From: Podospora anserina
Lineage: Eukaryota
DNA: 64,000 nt
NCBI GenBank assembly: GCA_017654855.1
Contig: CM030335.1
Location: forward strand, 1,178,001-1,242,000
Reading direction: 5' to 3'
The notes below the pieces were generated by a model that searched no databases, was not told the origin of the DNA, and worked only from the letters and a program-made list of their open reading frames with translations. Both the position numbers and the translations under genes were made by a program. This document shows, piece after piece, positions 25,335 through 37,900 of the stretch. Each line of letters starts with the position of its first letter. Within the stretch, counting starts at the first letter, position 1.

Positions 25335-26556
25335 ATGTCTTCCCTCGTCTGCAGGTCCCCATCGGTCATCTCGACATCTTTGCTCACCCTCCCCTTGCTC
25401 AGACTAGCCGCGTCTGCCCGGTCAGTCCAGCCGTGCGCCCAAAGACAACCACAACCACAACAAGCACGGCAAGCCTCTGGCCCTGTCGCCGTTAGGCGCT
25501 TCTCCGCGTCTCTTACCCTTAGCCGCAAGGTTGCGCCAACGGAGGCTGCCCATATCAATGAGGTTCGGAAGACGATAGCCGATGAGTTCGCCCTCATCAA
25601 AGATGCTTACCGTATGTGGGGTTCCTTGGTGCTTTTTAAGACCAGTTCTGAGACACTGACACTTATCCAACAGAGTCACCCAAACACCCGGTAGTCCTAG
25701 CACATGGGCTGCTAGGGTTTGCCGAATTAAAACTCGCAGGGTCCTACTTGCCAAGCATTCATTACTGGAGAGGGATACAGGAGGCCCTAACGGCCCAAGG
25801 GGCTGAGGTTATCACTGCCTCCGTCCCTCCCAGCGGCTCTATCGAGAAGCGCGCCGCCAAGCTGGCTCAGGATATCGAGGCTCAGGCACAGGGCAAGAGT
25901 GTGAATGTGGTGGCGCACAGCATGGGAGGACTTGATGCCCGCTACATGATCTCGCAGCTCCGGCCAAAAGGGGTCGACGTCAAGTCTCTTGTCACAATCG
26001 GCACACCTCATCACGGGAGTGCCTTTGCTGATTACTTGATTGACGAACTTGGGCCCGACTACCTGCCTCAGGTTTACAAAGCCTGGGAGCGGGTTACCGG
26101 TTGGGAGCCAAGTGCTTTTTCCCAGCTGACGCAGAAGTATATGGCGGAGCACTTCAACCCAGCGACCCCTGATGACCCAAACGTCCAGTACTTTTCGTAC
26201 GGTGCCATGGTGAACGGAAAGCCTCCATTGCTGAGCATGTTCAGGATATCTCACAAGCTGATTGAGGAACGGGAAGGTCCAAACGATGGACTTGTCAGCG
26301 TAGAAAGCAGTCAGTGGGGTACCTACAAAGGAACGCTCACAGGCGTTAACCACCTGGACCTGATCAACTGGACCAACAGGATTCGGTCTAATCTTCAGAA
26401 GCTGATGGGTCACCCACCTTCGTAAGTCATATTGTTGTGTTTCAAGCATCGAATAATGATTTCAAAGCATGACAGAATCTGACTGAATTGTATAGGTTCA
26501 ACGCGGTGGCTTTCTATCTTGGCATTGGAGATATGCTGGCAAAGGAAGGGTTGTAA
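25335..26556 (+). CDS. TGL2: Triacylglycerol lipase 2 (Tgl2-like alpha/beta hydrolase), probably mitochondrial (exons 25335-25611, 25674-26421, 26496-26556)
   Basis: Oxyanion motif PVVLAHGLLGF, nucleophile elbow AHSMGGLDARY, NDGLVSVES, catalytic His in NHLDLINW and an FYLGIGDMLAKEGL end. The N-terminus is Arg/Ser-rich and presequence-like. Confidence 0.88.
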
Positions 26557-28679
26557 GTGCCAGAGGGCATGATGCAATGACGCTTGAATCACCAGCCTCT
26601 AGGTATAACGAGTTGGACACGTAATTTCGGTAAAGGCTTTGGGGCATACAATCACGAGCGAATGAAGAATTTATATCATGGGCAGTCTGTAGGTAAGCAC
26701 CTTATGGTATCCCTTGTTTACGATATCATGCTAATGATGAATGCATAGAAGCGATATCACCACGAATCTAATATCGTTCCACCATCTCAACTTTATTCAC
26801 AGTAAATAAGCGTGGCAAAACCGGATGTTTGGGGCGTTTTCCTGAACCAAGACCATTTGCCGAGGCAGTTCATGGATATCAAGGGAATCACTTTGTAGGT
26901 GCCGGTTCGGAGGGTGAGCTGGTTACAAGCTTCACATGCCTTACGACAACAGCGTTGGTTCCAGGTTTACCACGGCAACTGCTGTCAAGAAATCAGCGTG
27001 TGTAGCATGGCAAGTGATTATCCGGCTCCGTCTGCCCAAACGCTAGCACGTGTTCGCCGTCTTTTCTGTGGAAAGTTTGTACCATTGTACCACGTGAAAA
27101 ATATGCAAAGGAGTCCAGCTGACTTGGAAGACTGCTGAAACGTGCAAGTGTGCGTTGGCAGATGCTGTCTACCATATCGACGAGGCCGATGATAGTGGTC
27201 GACGATTATAGCGGTGGGTAGGTATGCTCTGATGTCTCTCAATCATGAAACGAGATAGGCATGTAGTAGGTCTTTTGACACTATCGGGGTCCCATTTGAG
27301 GACATCCTGATGTAGTCACCATGTGAGATACAGGTGTTGGTGATCCCCAGGAAAGACATTCAGTGTTTTTTTTTTTTGCCGATAGTACCACCACAAAACG
27401 CAGAAGAGCCTCGGGGTACAGTTTGGTCATGCGCCTGTGTAACAGCAGCTTACATTGGTTCTGTGTATCGTACATTTCTGGGGAAATAGCACGGAAAAAA
27501 GGGTCGATGAGGTGCAGTACCTAGCTGGCTTGCCCAGGAAACGCCAAGCTGGTGATCATCGTGGTCTAATCCTGATACGGACTAGAGGATCTGCCCCCAC
27601 AAGTCTTGTTTTGAAGCCTCGACCCTGCCGGCCGGAGCAGGCTTGCTGGTTGGAGCATCTCTGCTATCAGGCCTTCCTTTTTCGGATCTTTACTTCAGAA
27701 GTACCCCCCCTTCGCAGAGACACAAGACCATCTCAAATACAACCCGGCACAACAGGATGCATCATGTCATGAATTGCACCACCTCCTCTCTTGCCCATTT
27801 TGCCTCACTTTCTCGCCAATCCCGCACCATTCCACGAAGAGATTTCCTTACATCAACATAAGGTTCGACCGGTATCACCAAGACGGAAACTAGACCTCCC
27901 AGACCGTGAACTCTTTGCAGTAGTACCGTTGCGGCCCTGGGCCCTTCTAAAGATGGGCGCTATCCCAGCCGATATTTTCACATGCCCCATGACACCATGG
28001 CCCTCTTTGGAACACCGACTGTTACATCTCCTACACCTTCTCGACGCGCGCGTGCTCCCTCTTTTTGGTGGTCCTGGATCCTTCGCATGCGACCAACCCA
28101 AGCTCCGGGTATCACATTGTCCACTTTGCTGCACTCACACCACGGCTCAGATATGATGGAGACAAGAAGGAGACAAACCATGCGTCTGAGTCTTGGATGG
28201 AATACGGCTCGGCAATAGTCTCCGGACAGGCAGTCGTTATACAACGGCAGACCCACGTTTTACCCTCCGCTTCAGCATCTTGACCCCTTAAAAACGACCG
28301 GTCACCACCAAGCGGCCATCTGGTAGCGTCTGGCATGCGCCGTCTCGTGCAGCTAGTATATCTCCCCTGCATTCCCGTTCCTGTGTCTCTGCCTGCCTCC
28401 TAGGCACTAGCTCTGTATCCGCAAACTCTCCTGTCGCTTGCCCGACTCACCCGCTCGCCTCGGGGCATATTTCCGCTGCGTCTATCTACCGGTGTTTTGT
28501 AAAACCGCTTGTCCGTCGTCATCGTTCTGGTGTAAAGAGTTAAGTCCTCGTTCTCTCTTCCTCTGTCTACTTCGAGTGCCGGACCTTGTGTCCTGAATAC
28601 CTGACTCGGACCTGCTTGCTTTGCAAAAGCCTCCGGCCTGTTCCTACCCAACCCAGGCATCCACCCACCCACCCGAGCC

Positions 28680-31105
28680 ATGAGGTTCATCAAAACAATA
28701 GCCATGCTGGCTGCTATGGGTTCCGATATTGGAATCGGTGCTGCGTCGGTGTTTAGGCCTACCAAACCACCAGCCGTTCCACTGGCCGTCAGGTCGCCAT
28801 ATCTGAATGCCTGGCTACAGGGCGAATCAGGATGTGTGCTACCTGGCGAGTGGCCACGCTTCTGGACGTGAGGCTCCCATGACTCTACCTTGAAACCTCA
28901 CAGTGCTAAGACAAATCCCAGGGGAGATATCCAAGGATGGCAAGGATATGTGGCAGTCGACGGCGTTGCCTATAACTGGATGGGGGGCGCCCCTGGCCCA
29001 GGCCCAGTCAACCAGCTATCACTGGAGTACACCTCAACAAAAAGCATCTTCACCTTTGATGTGGCCCAAAAGATCACCCTGACTGTCACTTTCCTCTCGC
29101 CCGTATACCCTGACGACATACAGCGGCAGTCTCTGCAGTTCTCATACGTAACTGTCACGGCAAAATCCTCTGATGGGGCCTCGCACAAGGTCCAGGTTTA
29201 CATGGATGTGTCTGGCGGTGAGTAACACGCTGGATAGCTGTTTCCTTTACCTTGACTGATCGTTCTGATAGAATGGGCTAGTGGTGACAATTCCGAGAAG
29301 GTGCAGTGGGAATTTGGCACCGAGAGTAATCTTTACTATCTCAAGTTCTGGCGCGAGAACCAGCACGAGTTCAAAGAAGCCAACGAAATTGCAAGTTGGG
29401 GAAATTGGTATCTCAGTACCGGATTCCATGAAGGTGTAAGCTTTGGCCTGAGAGATGCTAAATCCTACAACGCAGACTAATCATTCGTTGGACAGTTGAC
29501 GTGGCAAATTGGTCAAGATACCACCGTGCGGAACCAGTTTGCTGGCAACCTGACTCTCAGCAACTCCCAGGAGTCTGAATTTCGCCCGGTCAGCGAGAAC
29601 TGGTATGCCTTCACATATATCTGCCTTTCTGTCCCGATACGCTGCTGCGGATAGTTGAGCTTACAATGTTTTAGGCCTGTGTTTGCGTTCTCTCATGATT
29701 TGGGCGACATCAAGGACGACGAGGTTGAAAGGATCTTCACCCTCGGTCTTATCCAGGATAACGTCATCCACTTTGCCAGACAAAACAACACCCTGGAGCC
29801 TGTCCGGGGACTGTGGATGTCCTTTTACAACAACAGTGACATGGAGGCTGTGGTCTCTTTCTACAACGACTACAGGCATGCTGTAGAGACAATGTCACTC
29901 CTAGACCAACGGATTGAGAAGGATTCGGTGGAGGCAGCTGGGCAGAACTACTCCCTTATCACTACACTTGCTCTTCGCCAGACTTTCGGTGCTTTCCAAT
30001 ACGCCGGAACGCCGGAGAAGCCATATATTTTCCTCAAAGAAATCAGCTCCAACAGTGACATTCAGACAGTCGATGTCATATTCCCGGCGTTCCCAATATT
30101 CGTTTACCTCAATGCCACCTTGAGCAGATATCTCCTGGACCCTTTGTTCGAACACCAAGAAAGTGGTTCATACCCCAACAAATATGCCGAGCATGACTTG
30201 GGTACCTTCCCTGTGGCCAAAGGCTACCCCAACGGAGACGACGAGGCCATGCCATTGGAGGAATGTGGTAACATGATCATCATGTCACTAGCATATGCTC
30301 AACGCACCGGCGATACGGGGTACCTAACAGCCCACTACCCAATTCTGGCACAGTGGGCTCAGTATTTGATCGAGGACTCGCTTGTTCCTGCCAACCAGTT
30401 GAGCACTGATGACTTTGCTGGAACATTAGCGTACGTATACCTTGCCTCAAAGTCCGGTCTGATACTGACAGTCCCCGTAGAAACCAGACCAACCTGGCCA
30501 TCAAGGGCATCATCGGCCTCAAGGCCATGTCCCAGATTGCCCAGCTCACCAATAACACGGACGACTTCAAAGACAAGGCCGAGGACTATCTTATGACTTG
30601 GAAAGCGTATGCCATCAACTATGACGCCAGTCCACCTCACACTACGCTAAGTTACGGAGACAAAGACAGCCATGGTTCGTGGTTCACGCACCCCTTGTTC
30701 ACCCACTTCCCTTCGCTAACTCTTTCTCTTCTCTTCTCCCAAGGAATCCTCTACAACATCTACGCAGACAGGCTGCTGGGCCTCCAGTTCGTCGACCAGT
30801 CTGTCTTTGACATGCAGAGCGACTTTTACCTGACCGTGGCGAACGAGTACGCTGTCCCGCTTGATACAAGACACACCTGGGCAAAGTCAGACTGGGAAAT
30901 GTTTGCGGCGGCGGTGGCTAAGAACGAGACCAAGGAGATGTTTATCGACAAGCTGGCGGAGTGGGTGGGGAAGACTACGACCAACAGGGCGATGACGGAC
31001 TTGTTTGATTCGATTACGGGTGATTACCCGTCGGGAGGGCCGACGTTTGTGGCGAGACCGGTGATGGGGGGGATGTTTGCTTTGTTGGCTTTGCCAAAGG
31101 AGTAG
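28680..31105 (+). CDS. gtaA: Secreted glutaminase A (GtaA-like), 7 exons: 28680-28867, 28922-29217, 29272-29435, 29496-29602, 29675-30430, 30481-30674, 30744-31105
   Basis: Signal-like N-terminus plus GtaA-family motifs PPAVPLAVRSPYLNAW, FLKEISSNSDIQTVDVIFP, AEHDLG, MPLEECGNM, QLSTDDFAG, TNLAIKGIIG, KSDWEMF and ARPVMGG. Six introns restore a single frame. Confidence 0.9.
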
Positions 31106-31542
31106 AATGAGATGGTGTGGGGTAGGGAAGGGAAGAGAAGGGGTGTGTGTTTTGCTCTGGAAAGAAACAAGGAGTGATGGCGAGGGGATTAGCTTGGCTA
31201 GTGTTGATTGAGTGGACCCTTAAACCATATAAGAGGTTGGGTGTTGGTGTTTCTTGTGTAGTGATGCGGTGATGTTTTATGTTATGAGCGATAGTAATGG
31301 GACAAGAGTTTATGAAATAGAGAGTGTAGTCTATTCAGAATTCATCAAAGCACGCTTACTTATGACATCTCTTTCATTCCAGCATAGAGGTGGATAGAGC
31401 AGGGCTTCGTTATGATATCTCTTTTATCACAACATTTTCAGCTTGGATGAGTATGGTCTACTACCATTCAATATTTAGATCAGCATCGTCTGTCACTATC
31501 ACTGTACTTGTATTACCTACTTAACTTCAAGAAAACAATGCT

Positions 31543-31617
31543 ACCATTGAACTGTGAGGGACCATTGAACTGTTAGGGTCACTGCCCATTAAACTGTGCC
31601 TACCTACCTATTAAACT
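31543..31617. repeat. Short degenerate direct repeats: 18-bp tandem ACCATTGAACTGT(G/T)AGGG plus two decayed copies
   Basis: Units at 31543-31560 and 31561-31578, with CCATTAAACTGT at 31586 and CTATTAAACT at 31608. Confidence 0.7.
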
Positions 31618-31964
31618 AAAACCAACGATTTTGACATCATGGCTGAGGTTTCAATTCTTCGAGTGCGAACTTCTAGAAAATGCAAGACAAGACCACTGAC
31701 ATTAGAAGACCATTCACCCACCCTGCGGCTAATTCCTGACCGATTTGTCAGGACAGTTAGACCACACCGCGCAAGATAAGTTAGGTCCTGCTCCAGAGCC
31801 AGACACTTGCGAATCTCCTTCATCTCAGCACATGACGAGCAGCGGTTACTTGCCATATTCCCTTCGTCCCAATAAGGAAACATCATGGCTAACACAATAA
31901 TATATTTAGTATGAGTAGCACTTCATTACGGATGTCCTTCATCCCAACATACATCGAGCAGCAC

Positions 31965-34900
31965 TTAATCACGGTATCTCCTTTGTCCCGGCACATTAAA
32001 GCAGTGCTTACTCACAATAACTCCGTTCTCACCGCCGTTCACGTTGTCAAAGTATCTCTTGATGGCCGGGTTATCGACCTGGTGCTCACGAAGAAGCCGG
32101 TCCTCGTCCGTGTGTGCCATCATGAAGTGGTACACATACACAGTCTTCATCTGTCCGTACCGGAGGCATCTGCCCTTGGCCTGGCGAACCGTGATGGCCT
32201 GGTGGTGCTTGTTGGGGTGGAAGTAGGGGTTGGCAAAGATTATGTGGTTGGCGACGGTGAGGTTGCTGCCGGCGCTGGTATCGTTGTCAATGTTGAGGAG
32301 CATCACATTGCCCCCGGTTCCTGACTTGAACTTCTCCAACATAGCAGACGTATCCCTCGAGCTGGTGACTAAAGCCAGGTTAGTGGCCTTGGGATCTATC
32401 TCCTTGATCCTGGACCACAGCTTCTCGAGGTAGGACTGGTACTGGCCGAATACCAAGACACGCTCATCTTTGGCGATGATGCTTTTGATCAGCTCCATCA
32501 TGTGGTCCACCTTGGACATCTTGACGTTGTCGTTGAGTTCGGTGCAGGGGATGACTGGGCGTTCCTTGATGAAGGACGAGCATTTCCTGGCAGGGCAGAG
32601 CCTTGCCGTCTGTGGATGGCGACAGGCAGAACACAAGATGTGTCCACAGGCAACCACGATGTAAGACTGGCTGGCGGAGGTCAGGGGTCTCCCGCAGCTC
32701 TCACCATCGCAGGTCCTTGATTGCAGCAGCTGGTCCCTGTCCGGAGAAGTCGAGAACTGGATAAACTTGGGCATGAATGCGAGTTCCTTCGTGGCGTTCT
32801 TGAAGTCGCCCATGGTCTTCATCAGCTCGGCCACCGTCGATTTGAACTCTAAAAGCATCGCGGACTTATTTTCTGGATTCTTGAAGATACCGTCTTTAAG
32901 GGACTGGGGTCTGCCGTCGCGGTAGGCACCTCCACGACCTATGTTCTTGCTATGTTCCCAGAGTGCTTGACGGAGCTTGGGTACGGCGCCGTGAGATTTC
33001 AGGTTCAACTCCACTGCTTTGGAGACTAGCTGGCTCCTGGTCGTACTGGCGCTGACGTGGAGACCTTCGACATCAAAAGGTAGGCATTTTTCGTCATCAT
33101 ACTCAGGTCTGTCCGGCATGAGGTCTCTGTGCGCATGGCAAAATTCAACCAGTTCCTTGACAGTCCAGTTGCCGAGGGTCGTTTTATCCTGGTCCAGACC
33201 ATTGCGAATATCAGGCAATGGCATATTAGGCCTGGGGTGAAATAGAGGCTCCGGATCAAAGCCGCCCGGGATAAGGGGGGCCTTTGCCAGGGGAGTGTTG
33301 ATGTGCAGTGTGCGGCGTAGAGCACAGAGGTCTTCAGCAAGCCGTACCGCGGTCTCGTTGCTGACTGTCTTGGGAATCTCGATCTCCGCTTTGTCGAAGA
33401 AGTGCAGCCAGGTAAAATGAGCCTTGGAATGATCGTATCCGTCCACCCAGGGGCCCTCGAATTCTTTCATGGGTTGAGCAATGATAGCGGCAGGATCGAC
33501 GGTAGGATCAGTCGGAAGACAGCCGTTGACCATGGCATGAGCCACACAGTTGAACACTTCTTCTCCCCCCCCGTAGTGCCTGAAGTCTCCTTCCCTTGCC
33601 ACATTCACCTCTTCACAGAGGTATTGGAATGAGCACATTGCTGCTTCTTTTTGCAGGTTCTCTTGTTCTTTTTTGACTTCATTGCGGTAGAGGTAAGTAA
33701 GCCATTTATTGAGCCACACAGCCTTATCCCAAAGAAACTTGACGGACGTTGCCAGTCGGCAATGGGATCTCGTGAGCGAGTTCTCGAATTCTGGAAGTGT
33801 CAAGGCGCGAGACACAGCCACCACATCATTGGCCAACAGACCCAACATCATGGTCGTAGACTTGGTTGAATCCCCCATATCTTCTTTCGAGTAGTCTGGC
33901 TGCTGGCGTACGTGACTGGATATGGCTGCAAAGTCCATGTCGGCATCGAGGGCTTCCTGGTGCGCCATGTAGTAGCGCGCTGCCGTCACTCCTTTCATGC
34001 GGACAGGAAGAACCACCTCCACCGAAGAGAGAGCCGTGCCACCATCATCGGTAACGCGGTTGGCGCGGAAGAATTGCCGCACGAAGGCCTGGGCCTGGGA
34101 GTGTCTCTCGTGGGCGAGAGATGCACTCTTGAGCGCGGAGGAGTAGGCGTGATACTCCTCGCTCTTGGAAGCAGGTTCCAAGACCGGACCACCAGTGATG
34201 GCCGGGAGACCGGGCATGATGCGCGGTTCGGGCCGCGCCAAATGAACGCCAAAAACCTTGGCCGTCTTGCAGACCTCGGAGAGGCCGAACACCTTGGGCG
34301 TACCCGAGAGGAGCCACTTCGCGTTCGCGACAAGGTTTTCAACAAAGAATGGGATGTTCTTGTTGTCCGCCTTGTGGTCGTATGAGCACTCGTCCCATAC
34401 GACACGCGCGAAGCTGCAGTTGTGCAGCCACGAAACGCACCAGGGCGCGCGAGCGCCCGGCACTTGCTCCCCCCCCCCTTCTTCCTTCTTCGCCGGCGAA
34501 GCTGGGACTTTATCCCTTGGGGTTCTCTGGTCCTTCCGCCGGCTATCGGGAACGATCTTGGCCAGGAAAGCCTCACGTTCCGACGCCTGCAGACCAAAGA
34601 AACGGTGCTCGGCTGCGGCGTTGTCCTTGCCGCCTGCAGCCGCGAGCTTACTGGCCGTCAGGATGCGCAGGTTGCGCAGAGCCTGACGGTACCAGCGCTC
34701 ACGCGCGCGTCCCGAGAGATCCTTGAATGGGGGATCAAGATCGCCCCATCCAAACCCCCACAGTTTCTCGAAGAACTTGTCACCGAGGATCTTGGAGCTC
34801 ATGATGATGAGCTCCGCCTTCCTCAGGACGTCCAACTTCCGGCCGAGGTAGAACTGGGCCACTGTTTTGATGACAATGACCTGGCTTCCGACCTTCAGAC

Positions 34901-37900
34901 CGAGGAAGTTTTTCGCTTCGAGAGACCACTGCTCCGTGAGGTGCTCAGGCACCACCACAAGAGTCGCCGAGAGATGGATGAAGAACTCATTCTTCTCATC
35001 TTCGGCGAGGGGAAGTCCCACTTCTTTGAGCTCTTCGTACTTGGACTTGAGCTCCTCATGCCAGCACTCATCAACCTGGCGACGCTCCTCGATAGAGGCC
35101 TCGCGGTCGAACCAGCGTCGGGAATCGATCAGCGCAAGTGTCACCACCGTCTTTCCGTATCCAATCTCGTGAGCCGCCACGCCACCTCGAGAGCTGTAGG
35201 GAAATCTGGTCGGCCAAGTCGCTTTTCCAACAACACGGACGGAGAGAGGGGTCACCACCTCCTCCTCAATCTCGGTTTCTAGGAATGGCTCGGGCTTTTC
35301 CTCGCGGAGAAGCATCCATAAAACAGCATTTCGTTGACTGTCGCGAAGCTTGTGACGACCGGCTTGGAATCGAGGTGGGTTGATCATCCTGTACTTGTCG
35401 GCTTCGTCGTACTGGATCCCGTGTCTGTTGCTGTCATTGCAGGGCTTGATGAGAGGATGGAAGCCCGGGAAGCTCATGTTTCGGGGCTTGGCATGATCGA
35501 TATAAACCTTGAAGTAGGTCTCTGCAGACTGGATTGCCCTGCTGCCACTTGGTACCGTTCTGTGTGCTTGTAAGAGGTATGCATAGGCTCTTGAGGCCAG
35601 AACTTGGGGCTGCAGTGTGGCTATGAGACACAATTCGGGATCTTGAAGCTGGGCAGCGATGGCAATGGCTCGTGGCATATTGAGGAGAGTCTCCTCAAAA
35701 TCTTTGGCTTCATCAGGGTCTTCAACAGCTAGACGCTTGCCTTTCGTCTTGCTGATGTGGATCTCAGGTGGTGGCCTTGACCATTGCTCAGACCGGTGGA
35801 TGCAAATCCAGTCAGTAAAATGTTTGACTTCTTCACGAGGTCCGCCGAGATTCTGGGCTCTGAAGGCATTTGCAGCGAATGCAAAGTCATGCAAGAAGTC
35901 TTCGGTGATGTTGGAGGGAACCATGATGAACTGTCCCGGAGTTCCATGAGCCTCGAGCATATGCCTTCGAGCGGCCGACAAGGGAAATTGGTCAACATTG
36001 GCAGTTATTTCAGCAAGGACAAAACGTGAGAAGTGTGGAGGGCTAGTAGCGTTATCCCCCAAAGACGACATAGGTGCAACATCTCTCGTTTGTCCCCAGT
36101 GAATTTCAGTAGCTTCGAGACGTTCCCATATACTGAGGGAGTAGTCTTGCTGAATCTCGGTCCAATATCCTGGACTGAAGAGTGTTGTTTCGCCAATGTG
36201 CCCAACGGGAAACGTGGTGAGCTTCAGATCCGGAAGAGCCTGGATGTAGGTATCCCTGATCTCGTGGTAATCAAGCTTGCGCATCTCACTTGACCAGACC
36301 AGAGAATCCTCTCTAGCAGGACCGGTCCGAGAGCATTGGCGGAGGATGAAAGTCGGCTCTGTCTGATGGAACTCGGGTAGGCTGACGTATAGCTCATTAC
36401 CGGCTGTCCCGCACTCGGGTGCATGCGCATATGTGCCCGAGACTTTGTCTCTTACTGTGGCGAACTAGGCCTCGGCAAGATGTGGTAGACCTTCTGGCTT
36501 ATGCGGAATGGAGATACGGACCGCAGTGCTGGAATCTCTCTCGAGGAGGGCGGTGATGTTGATTCTGTCTGGGATCCAAAACGACCACTTGATGTTGTGG
36601 ACTCCATTGACGCTCATGTGGAAGTCGCCGCGAGCAATGGGCGGACTCGGTTCAAACGTCCTAGGGAGGGTGGGCGGATTGTCGAGGTTGGAACCTGGGT
36701 TGTGATGAATGAACCAGGTAGACTTTCCATCTGGGTGGATAACCAGACGGGCGATGGTCCTTCTGGACTTGTATGTGGCGGTGACGACTTCGCTGACCTT
36801 GATCTCTCCAAAGAAATAGCGAGTTTTGCTGGCCAGGATCTCGCAAGCCGGGGGCTGTTTCATTCCTTGAAGCTCAGGCAGGTTATCGGGAAAGATTCCA
36901 AGCACGAAGGCTTGGGGAAGGTGGTTCTTGAGGGACGCCTTACCCCCATCAGAGGATACTTGAGCCGCTTCTTCATCTGAAGCTCCGGGGGAGTGGGTCC
37001 TCCAGGGTTCGAGCTGGTGAAGGGGATTCCCACTGCACTCCTCACAAACGGTTGTTTGGCATGTCCGGCAGATAAAATAGCTAGGAATCCCATCTTGATC
37101 CGAAATAACGGGTGGTGGGCAATGACACACGCGGATCATGTCACGAACAAGTCGATGCACAGTATCGGGCTCATACACGACTGATGTAGTCGAGGGCTGC
37201 TGGGTGCCGGGCTGAAGAAGCAACTTCTGCGATCTCGTGTAGTGCTTGAACCGTGAGGCGAGGGGACCGCTGACGGTGTCGAAGAGTGTAGGAAAATGCC
37301 GGTGAATTGCAAGGAGAGCTGCATGCGTGGCTGCGCCGACTACGGTGACTGTCATGGCATTGCCGGCCAGATCACGAAGCTGCTCTTGAGTTTCAGACGA
37401 AATCGCCATCTCGTTGACGGGCATGCCTTGAAGAGCCATGACCTCTGTGCCAGTGATCGGACGCATCAAATCTGTGACAATGGGGGCGCCGCTGGGGGTG
37501 ATGCAGCCAATGATGCCCAGAGATTGCTTGAAATTGCTGACGGAACCAGTACGGTTGAAGGGGGTGCATCTGTCGACGTTTTGGCTGACATCAATGACGC
37601 AGGTCTTGTGACCGAGATGGATTCCCGCCTTGTTGCCGGTGGCTTCGATGATGTCCATTGTGTCGATGGATCGGCATGTTTGTTGTAACCACCAGCGACG
37701 CCATGATTGCGGCGGAAGCTTGGGACCGATCACCTTGAGGTTTCGCATCATCTTTTGGCTGAAGGGGTTGTCGTCCATTTCAAGTTCGTGAAGGCTACGC
37801 TCAGCTGCATGGCGAAGACTGCTCGTGCCCCAATCCGAGTCTTTGGTCGTACGAGGCTTCTCCATATCAGCGCGGGCCGTGATCGTACCGATGTCGTCTG

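Noticed and set aside
27858-27880. GGTTCGA...CACCA resembling a tRNA 3' end
   Set aside because: The T-stem does not pair, and there is no matching 5' half upstream.
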